NCBI GenBank assembly: GCA_046484135.1
Contig: JAWOBU010000268.1
Coordinates: forward strand, 1-17,379
From: a bacterium
GTDB lineage: Bacteria > RBG-13-61-14 > DATKZS01
DNA length: 17,379 nt
Direction: 5' to 3'
The notes below the pieces were generated by a model. That model searched no databases. It saw nothing but the letters and a program-made list of their open reading frames with translations, and was not told the origin of the DNA. The position numbers and the translations under genes are program-made. Positions 11,873 to 17,379 of the stretch are shown here, piece by piece; the stretch's first letter is position 1; the number at the start of each line of letters is the position of its first letter.

Positions 11873-12625
11873 TTGGGAGTTATCCTAAAAACCAAAAAAG
11901 AAATCGAAGCCTTGAGAAAGGCCAACAGTATAGTTGTCGAAGTTTTAAACGACTTGAAGGCCGCGGCCGCACCCGGCATGACAACCATGGACCTCGAAAA
12001 GAGGGCCGCGAAGATCATGAAAAAAACCGGGGCCAAGAGCGCCTTCCTGGGATACCGGGGGTTTCCCGGCATCCTGTGTGCATCGGTTAACGAGGAGATA
12101 GTACATGGAATACCGAGCGATAAAAAGGTGCTCAAAGACGGAGACATTGTAAGCATAGACTTCGGAGTGGAGCTGGAAGGATACTATGGAGACGCCGCTC
12201 TCACCTTCCCGGTGGGAAAGGTGAGCGAGGAAAAAGAAAAGCTGATGCGGACAACCCGGGAGGCTCTGCACAAGGCGATCGAAAAGATGATTCCCGGAAA
12301 CCACCTTTCCGATCTGGCGGACGCGGTCCAGTGCCACGCCGAGTCAAACGGGTTCTCCGTGGTCTACCAGTTCGTGGGCCACGGCATCGGAAGGCAGATG
12401 CACGAGGACCCGCAGGTGCCGAACTGCGGCAAGCCGAGCCCGGACGTCAGGCTGGCCGAGGGAATGGTCCTCGCCGTCGAGCCCATGATAAACGTGGGGG
12501 TGGCGGAGGTGGACGTGCTCGATGACGGCTGGACCGCGGTAACCGCGGACCGGAAGCCCTCCGCCCACTTCGAGAGGTCGGTGGCCGTAACCGCGGACGG
12601 GCCCGATATCTTGAGCGACTGGTAA
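11873..12625 (+). CDS. map: Type I methionine aminopeptidase
   Basis: SVNEEIVHGIP; metal ligands in SIDFG...YYGD, GHGIG, AVEPM, SAHFE; TTG start 4 nt after the adk stop. Confidence 0.97.
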   Translation: MGVILKTKKEIEALRKANSIVVEVLNDLKAAAAPGMTTMDLEKRAAKIMKKTGAKSAFLGYRGFPGILCASVNEEIVHGIPSDKKVLKDGDIVSIDFGVELEGYYGDAALTFPVGKVSEEKEKLMRTTREALHKAIEKMIPGNHLSDLADAVQCHAESNGFSVVYQFVGHGIGRQMHEDPQVPNCGKPSPDVRLAEGMVLAVEPMINVGVAEVDVLDDGWTAVTADRKPSAHFERSVAVTADGPDILSDW

Positions 12626-12685
12626 TGCAAAGAGAAAAGGGAATAAAGGCAAAGGAGCAAACACAGATGCGCGGAGAAGGGCTAA

Positions 12686-12901
12686 ATGGCAAGAAGTGAT
12701 ATGATCCAGGTCGAGGGCACGGTCAAGGAACCGTTGCCCAACGCCATGTTCCGGGTGGAACTGGATAATGGTCATAAAATCCTGGCCCATATCTCCGGCA
12801 AGATGAGAATGCATTACATAAAGATCGTACCCGGCGACAGGGTCACCGTCGAGATATCACCATATGACCCCAACCGGGGAAGGATAACGTTCAGAAAGTA
12901 A
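12686..12901 (+). CDS. infA: Translation initiation factor IF-1
   Basis: [41 protein letters not shown]. Confidence 0.99.
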   Translation: MARSDMIQVEGTVKEPLPNAMFRVELDNGHKILAHISGKMRMHYIKIVPGDRVTVEISPYDPNRGRITFRK

Positions 12902-12918
12902 AACCAAGGAAGGTCGTC

Positions 12919-13032
12919 ATGAAGGTCCAGACGTCGGTAAAAAGAAGGTGCAAGGACTGCAAGGTCATAAGAAGAAGGGGAGTGGTGCGCGTAATATGCA
13001 AAAACCCCCGACACAAACAGCGCCAGGGCTAG
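12919..13032 (+). CDS. rpmJ: 50S ribosomal protein L36 (bL36), Zn-ribbon form; not in ORF track
   Basis: Hand translation [37 protein letters not shown] (37 aa); canonical position between infA and rpsM. Confidence 0.98.
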   Translation: MKVQTSVKRRCKDCKVIRRRGVVRVICKNPRHKQRQG

Positions 13033-13043
13033 GAGGATAAATA

Positions 13044-13424
13044 ATGGCAAGAATAGCAGGCGTGGATATCCCCAATAAACCCGTGGGAGTGGCACTGACC
13101 TATATCTACGGGATAGGACATACGACCTCGGGAAAAATACTGGAAGAGGCGAACATTGATCCCACCATAAGGAGCAACAACCTGGACGAGGGCCAGGTGG
13201 CGGCCATCCGGAGGATAATAGACAACAACTACCGGGTGGAAGGAGAGCTCCGGAGGGAAGTAAACATGAACATCAAGAGGCTGATGGACATGGGATGCTA
13301 CCGGGGACTCCGCCACCGGAAGGGACTGCCCGTCCGCGGCCAGAGAACCTGCACCAACGCCCGCACCAGGAAAGGGCCCCGAAAAGCCATCGCCGGAAAG
13401 AAAAAGGCCCCCAAGCCCAAGTAA
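13044..13424 (+). CDS. rpsM: 30S ribosomal protein S13 (uS13)
   Basis: [45 protein letters not shown]. Confidence 0.99.
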   Translation: MARIAGVDIPNKPVGVALTYIYGIGHTTSGKILEEANIDPTIRSNNLDEGQVAAIRRIIDNNYRVEGELRREVNMNIKRLMDMGCYRGLRHRKGLPVRGQRTCTNARTRKGPRKAIAGKKKAPKPK

Positions 13425-13496
13425 GAGAAAACAATGACAAGCAAGTTGTAAACAACAAACACTGAAGTAACAGAGAAAGACGAAAAAGGCTCGAAC

Positions 13497-13886
13497 ATGG
13501 CAAGAAAAAGAGACCGCGGAAAAAAGAAAGTCAAAAAGCACGTGGAAAAGGGCGTCGTTCATATCCAGAGCTCTTTTAACAACACTATCATCACCATCAC
13601 CGACATGGAAGGAAACACCCTCTCCAGCGTGAGCGCGGGCGTGATAGGCTTCAAGGGGTCCAGGAAAAGCACGCCCTTCGCCGCCCAGCAGGCGGCGGGC
13701 GAGGCCGCCCGAAGGGCACAGGAGCACGGGGTCAGAAGCGTGGACGTCCTGGTCAAGGGGCCTGGAGGAGGAAGGGAGTCGGCTCTCCGGTCTCTCCAGG
13801 GAGCAGGGATGCGCGTGAACCTGATTAAGGACGTAACTCCAATTCCACATAACGGCTGCCGCGCCCCCAAAAGACGGCGCGTATAA
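13497..13886 (+). CDS. rpsK: 30S ribosomal protein S11 (uS11)
   Basis: [40 protein letters not shown]. Confidence 0.99.
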   Translation: MARKRDRGKKKVKKHVEKGVVHIQSSFNNTIITITDMEGNTLSSVSAGVIGFKGSRKSTPFAAQQAAGEAARRAQEHGVRSVDVLVKGPGGGRESALRSLQGAGMRVNLIKDVTPIPHNGCRAPKRRRV

Positions 13887-13901
13887 AAAGGAGGTGCTCG
13901 A

Positions 13902-14531
13902 GTGGCGCGTTACCGCGAAGCTGTCTGCCGTTTCTGTAGAAGGGAAGGGCTGAAGCTATACCTCAAAGGAGACAGGTGCTATACCGATAAATGCTCGGTG
14001 GACAGGAGGGCCAAGCCCCCCGGACAGCACGGCGACAGAAGAATAAAGCATTCCGACTACGGAATGCAGCTACGAGAAAAGCAGAAGGTCAGAAGACTCT
14101 ACGGGCTCCTGGAAAACCAGTTCCGATACTACTTCCACAAGGCCGACCGGATGAAGGGAGTCACCGGCTATAACCTGATCCTGCTCCTGGAAAGAAGGCT
14201 CGACAACATCGTCTATCGGATGGGGTTTGCTGCCTCCCGCAACCAGGCCCGGCAGCTTGTAAGGCACGGGCACTTCACCCTGAACGGAAAAAAGGTGGAC
14301 GTCCCCTCCCTCCAGGTCTCGCCCGGCGACGTGCTGGAGGTCAAAGAAAAAAGCAGGAAGGTCCCGGAGATAAACGCGTCCCTCGAGTCCATGAACGCAA
14401 AGGGAGGACCGCCCAGGTGGCTGGAAGTAGACCCGGCCAATTACCGCGGACAGGTCAAGGAACTTCCGGCAAGGGAAGAGATCACCATGCCGATCGAGGA
14501 GCACCTGATCGTGGAGCTCTACTCCAAGTAA
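13902..14531 (+). CDS. rpsD: 30S ribosomal protein S4 (uS4), N-terminal Cys4 form
   Basis: [17 protein letters not shown]....[34 protein letters not shown] start. Confidence 0.99.
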   Translation: MARYREAVCRFCRREGLKLYLKGDRCYTDKCSVDRRAKPPGQHGDRRIKHSDYGMQLREKQKVRRLYGLLENQFRYYFHKADRMKGVTGYNLILLLERRLDNIVYRMGFAASRNQARQLVRHGHFTLNGKKVDVPSLQVSPGDVLEVKEKSRKVPEINASLESMNAKGGPPRWLEVDPANYRGQVKELPAREEITMPIEEHLIVELYSK

Positions 14532-14573
14532 GCTTCGGGCGAAAAAGTTTTTCAGCTACGGAAGGAGACCTTG

Positions 14574-15590
14574 ATGCACAGAAATTGGAGAAACCTGATA
14601 AAACCGAAACAGTTGGAGGTCGAGGAAGAAACGGCGACCTCCACCTACTCCAAGTTTACCGCCGAGCCTCTGGAAAGAGGCTTCGGGATAACCATGGGAA
14701 ACGCTCTCAGAAGAATCCTGCTTTCTTCCCTGCAGGGAGCGGCCATTGTCGCCGTTAAGATCGAGGGCGTCGGGCACGAGTTCACCAGCATACCCGGAGT
14801 TACCGAGGACGTAACCGAAATCGTGCTGAACTTGAAGGACGTACTGGTAAAGTACGTCGGCGAGCAGAAAAAGTCCCTGTACCTCGAAGCCTCCGGCCCC
14901 GGAGTGGTGCGGGCCGCAGACATCCAGGCCGACGACGCCGTCCGGATACAGAACCCGGAGCAGGTCATCGCCACCCTGGACGAGGACACCACCCTCAAAA
15001 TGGAAATGTGGGTCAAGATGGGAAAGGGATACGTCCCGGCCGAGCTGAACAAGGACGACGACTACCCTGTCGGAGTCATTCCCATTGACGCGGTGTTCTC
15101 GCCCGTCCGGAAAGTCAACTACCGCGTGACCAACGCCCGGGTCGGACAGATAACCGACTACGACAAGCTCATCCTCGAAGTGTGGACCAACGGAGCAGTG
15201 GCGCCCGCCGACGCCGTGGCCTACACCGCCAAGATACTCAAAGACCAGCTCTCCATATTCATCAACTTCGAGGAAAAAGGCGAGCTCGAAGAGGTCAAAG
15301 AGGATGAAGAGGAAATTCCCGACGTGGACCCAAACCTCTATCGCTCCGTGGACGAGCTCGAGCTCTCCGTCCGGGCAGCCAACTGCCTCAAAAGCGCCAA
15401 TATAAGGCTCATAGGAGAGCTCGTCCAGAAAACCGAGCCCGAGATGCTAAGAACCAAGAACTTCGGAAGAAAGTCCTTGAACGAGATAAAAGAAATGCTC
15501 GGAATGATGGGACTGAGCCTCGGAATGAAACTGGACAATTTCCCCGACCCCAGGATGGAAAAGAAGTTCACTAAAGGAAGCCAGTCATGA
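14574..15590 (+). CDS. rpoA: DNA-directed RNA polymerase subunit alpha
   Basis: [30 protein letters not shown], alpha-[28 protein letters not shown] 14574 is better spaced from AAGGAG than TTG 14571. Confidence 0.99.
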   Translation: MHRNWRNLIKPKQLEVEEETATSTYSKFTAEPLERGFGITMGNALRRILLSSLQGAAIVAVKIEGVGHEFTSIPGVTEDVTEIVLNLKDVLVKYVGEQKKSLYLEASGPGVVRAADIQADDAVRIQNPEQVIATLDEDTTLKMEMWVKMGKGYVPAELNKDDDYPVGVIPIDAVFSPVRKVNYRVTNARVGQITDYDKLILEVWTNGAVAPADAVAYTAKILKDQLSIFINFEEKGELEEVKEDEEEIPDVDPNLYRSVDELELSVRAANCLKSANIRLIGELVQKTEPEMLRTKNFGRKSLNEIKEMLGMMGLSLGMKLDNFPDPRMEKKFTKGSQS

Positions 15591-16009
15591 AACACGCTGT
15601 AAAAACCAGAAGGTTCGGAAAAACCGAAAGCCACCGGAACATGATGTTCCGAAACCTGGTAACCTCCCTCATAAAGCACGGAAGAGTGGAAACCACCCTC
15701 GCCAAGGCAAAAGAGCTCCGAAGCTGGGGGGACAAAATGATAACCCTCGGCAAAAGGGGAGACCTCCATGCCAGGCGGCAGGCCCTCGCCGTCATCACCG
15801 AAAAAGAGGTCGTAAAAAAGCTCTTCGACGAGATAGCGCCCCTCTACCAGGACCGACAGGGAGGATACACCCGCATCGTAAAACTCGGACACCGAACCGG
15901 AGACGCCGCACCCATGGCCGTGATCGAGCTCGTCGGAAAAAGAGAAGCTGAGAAAAAAGCCGAGAAAAAAGCGGAAAAGACAAGAAAGAAAAAGAAAAAA
16001 GAAGAGTAA
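15587..16009 (+). CDS. rplQ: 50S ribosomal protein L17 (bL17)
   Basis: [51 protein letters not shown] overlap with rpoA. Confidence 0.99.
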   Translation: MKHAVKTRRFGKTESHRNMMFRNLVTSLIKHGRVETTLAKAKELRSWGDKMITLGKRGDLHARRQALAVITEKEVVKKLFDEIAPLYQDRQGGYTRIVKLGHRTGDAAPMAVIELVGKREAEKKAEKKAEKTRKKKKKEE

Positions 16010-16043
16010 AACCACGCCGCGCCGGCCCTCTTAAACCGGCCGG

Positions 16044-16113
16044 GCGAGCGACTTCAGTCGCAATTGCGGCACCCTGTAAAAATAACGCCACATCCGCGAG
16101 CGGCTCCTGCCGC
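16044..16113 (+). repeat. Pair of 18-nt direct palindromic (REP-like) repeats
   Basis: GCGAGCGACTTCAGTCGC (16044-16061) and GCGAGCGGCTCCTGCCGC (16096-16113), 14/18 identical, each a 5-bp hairpin with a compensatory change. Confidence 0.6.
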
Positions 16114-16233
16114 CAAAACCACTTCTTCTCTGAGTTTGATATGGCAGAATTACTTCGCTTAAATCAAGAAGCTCCAAGGGGGCTATAGAACCTCGCCCTA
16201 CCCAGGGCTTGTATCCGATTCGTTAGATATTTT

Positions 16234-16321
16234 CCCCGGGGTTTGTCTGCCTGTGCGTTCCGCACGCAGACAGGCACGCATACAGGTACCCCGGGCTTTA
16301 GGCCGCCGTACCGTTTGGGAC
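16234..16321 (-). repeat. REP-like palindromic unit 1, interrupted by a ~41-nt insertion in its hairpin loop
   Basis: Stem CCCGGGGT (16235-16242)/ACCCCGGG (16288-16295); its reverse complement aligns with unit 2 at 16341-16388. Confidence 0.6.
16247..16287. repeat. Short palindromic/tandem inserted element nested in unit 1 (boundaries approximate)
   Basis: Tandem 12-mers CACGCAGACAGG (16263-16274)/CACGCATACAGG (16275-16286); inverted repeats TGCCTGT/ACAGGCA and GTGCG/CGCAC. Confidence 0.55.
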
Positions 16322-16340
16322 TCGACAGCCTCGAATCCGC

Positions 16341-16388
16341 GCCCTGAAAGGGGCGGAAGGACTACAGCCCAGGGCGCAAGCCCTGGGG
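16341..16388 (+). repeat. REP-like double-hairpin unit 2
   Basis: GCCCT-GAAA-GGGGC (16341-16354) and perfect 8-bp CCCAGGGC-GCAA-GCCCTGGG (16368-16387). Confidence 0.65.
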
Positions 16389-16396
16389 AGAAAATT

Positions 16397-17379
16397 ATGA
16401 CGATTAAAAGCACCATCTCCACCGCCTTTCGCCTGGTGGGGCCTGCTCGTCCCATCATCCTTTATCACAAGCCGACCTCGAGGTGTGACTGCCGCTGCCG
16501 GTTCTGCGACTTCTGGAAGCACCAGTCCGAGGAGGACGACTGCCTCCCTGCCGGTGACATCCTTTCGTTGATAGACAACGCCGCCGGCGCCGGCATGACC
16601 TTTTACACGGTCTGGGGAGGAGAGCCTTTGCTGGTGGAGCATCTGCCCGAGTTCCTGGACCGGGCCCGGCAACAGGGCATGACCACCACGGTCTGCACCA
16701 GCGGCTACCGGCTTTCGGAGCGCGCGGCCGAGATCGCGCCCCTGACCGACCAGCTCCTTCTATCCCTGGAGGCGGTGGGTGAACGACAGGACAAGCTCCG
16801 GGGCACGGCCGGGCTTTACAGACGCATCGAGCAGGGTCTCTCCGAGTACCAGTCGCGCGGGAGCGGCGATATCATCTTATGGAGCAACCTGACCCGGGAG
16901 AACATGGACCAGGTGGGGCCCATCGCCGAGTTTGCCCGGGAGCACGGCATCGGGGTCGAGTACTTCCCCGCGGCCTTGTACGCGGGCTACAACGAGGACA
17001 TAGTGCTGGACAGCGGCGAGCGGGACGAGGTCTTCCGTAAGGCACTGGAGCTTAAGAGACGGGGTTTACCGGTTTACAACACCATGTACGCGCTGGAGCT
17101 CATGCGCTCGGGACGGCCTTTCAAGTGCAATCTGGCGCGTCTTGCAGTACAGGTTGCCCCGGACGGCACCATGTATCCCTGCGAGCCCAGATTTTTTGAA
17201 GAGCTCGAGCCCTACGGGTCCATAAAGGACATTGATTTAAAGGATTTGCCTTCCATGCCTGCGTATACCCGTAATATAGAGCGTCTTTCAAGCTGTAACG
17301 CCTGCCTTCTGCCCTGCGTGGCCAACATGGCTGATTCGCTTTTAATACAAGGAGCTCGAAAGTATTTTAATAAACTTTA
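16397..17379 (+). CDS. Radical SAM protein with C-terminal SPASM/twitch-like Cys cluster; runs to the window end; not in ORF track
   Basis: Hand translation: ATG 16397, 327 open codons plus a final TA; CDCRCRFC (CxxxCxxC, 16484-16507), WGGEPLL, VCTSG, LSLE, DKLRG; C-terminal CNLARL...DGTMYPC...CNACLLPC; GGAG SD at 16387-16390. Confidence 0.93.
   Translation, partial: MTIKSTISTAFRLVGPARPIILYHKPTSRCDCRCRFCDFWKHQSEEDDCLPAGDILSLIDNAAGAGMTFYTVWGGEPLLVEHLPEFLDRARQQGMTTTVCTSGYRLSERAAEIAPLTDQLLLSLEAVGERQDKLRGTAGLYRRIEQGLSEYQSRGSGDIILWSNLTRENMDQVGPIAEFAREHGIGVEYFPAALYAGYNEDIVLDSGERDEVFRKALELKRRGLPVYNTMYALELMRSGRPFKCNLARLAVQVAPDGTMYPCEPRFFEELEPYGSIKDIDLKDLPSMPAYTRNIERLSSCNACLLPCVANMADSLLIQGARKYFNKL

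Noticed and set aside
12560..12585. MetAP motif SAHFERSV instead of the common SAHFEHT(V/I)
   Set aside because: All five metal ligands (D, D, H, E, E) are present; a minor substitution with no evidence of altered function.
13425..13496. A-rich 72-nt rpsM-rpsK spacer with a tiny ORF (MTSKL) and a GTTGTAAACAAC mini-hairpin
   Set aside because: No SD for the ORF and a weak stem; nothing beyond chance.
15947..15979. Tandem 12-nt repeats encoding [11 protein letters not shown] in the L17 tail
   Set aside because: Low-complexity Lys/Glu/Ala tails are common in bL17.
16136..16164. Possible sigma70 promoter TTGATA-N17-TTAAAT; also TGGCA (sigma54-like) and TTGAT...ATCAA (FNR-like)
   Set aside because: The -10 lacks the conserved second-position A; GG-to-GC spacing is 12 rather than 10; the FNR half-sites are far more than 4 nt apart.
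16141..16188. 15-aa ORF MAELLRLNQEAPRGL as a possible RiPP precursor for the SPASM enzyme
   Set aside because: No convincing SD, no Cys or aromatic core motif, and it overlaps a degenerate repeat.
16044..16388. Repeats considered as a mini CRISPR array or tRNA-like structure
   Set aside because: Only two diverged 18-nt copies and no cas genes; no cloverleaf with T-loop or anticodon arm.
16198..16672. Minus-strand ORFs 16198-16458 and 16298-16672
   Set aside because: They are antisense to the radical SAM gene and run through palindromic repeats; no protein-family features.

Overview
The window is almost entirely the conserved bacterial ribosomal-protein supercluster on the + strand: tuf, S10 operon, spc operon, secY-adk-map-infA-rpmJ, then the alpha operon (rpsM-rpsK-rpsD-rpoA-rplQ). 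The RpoA N-terminus ([12 protein letters not shown]) and the Zn-ribbon forms of L24/S14/L36/S4 suggest a deltaproteobacteria-like organism (inference). It ends with a 387-nt intergenic region full of palindromes and a radical SAM/SPASM-type ORF, missing from the ORF track, that runs to the window edge. Main departures from the usual pattern: (1) rplC (uL3) is cleanly absent between rpsJ and rplD (26-nt gap) while every other expected gene is present. (2) EF-Tu has a remodelled switch I, 5 residues longer than canonical, and tuf has different codon usage from the rest of the operon. (3) The rplQ-rSAM spacer holds two families of covarying REP-like hairpin repeats; one unit carries a ~41-nt palindromic insertion in its loop and another overlaps the rSAM ribosome-binding site. 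No CRISPR array, rRNA, tRNA or transposase is supported.
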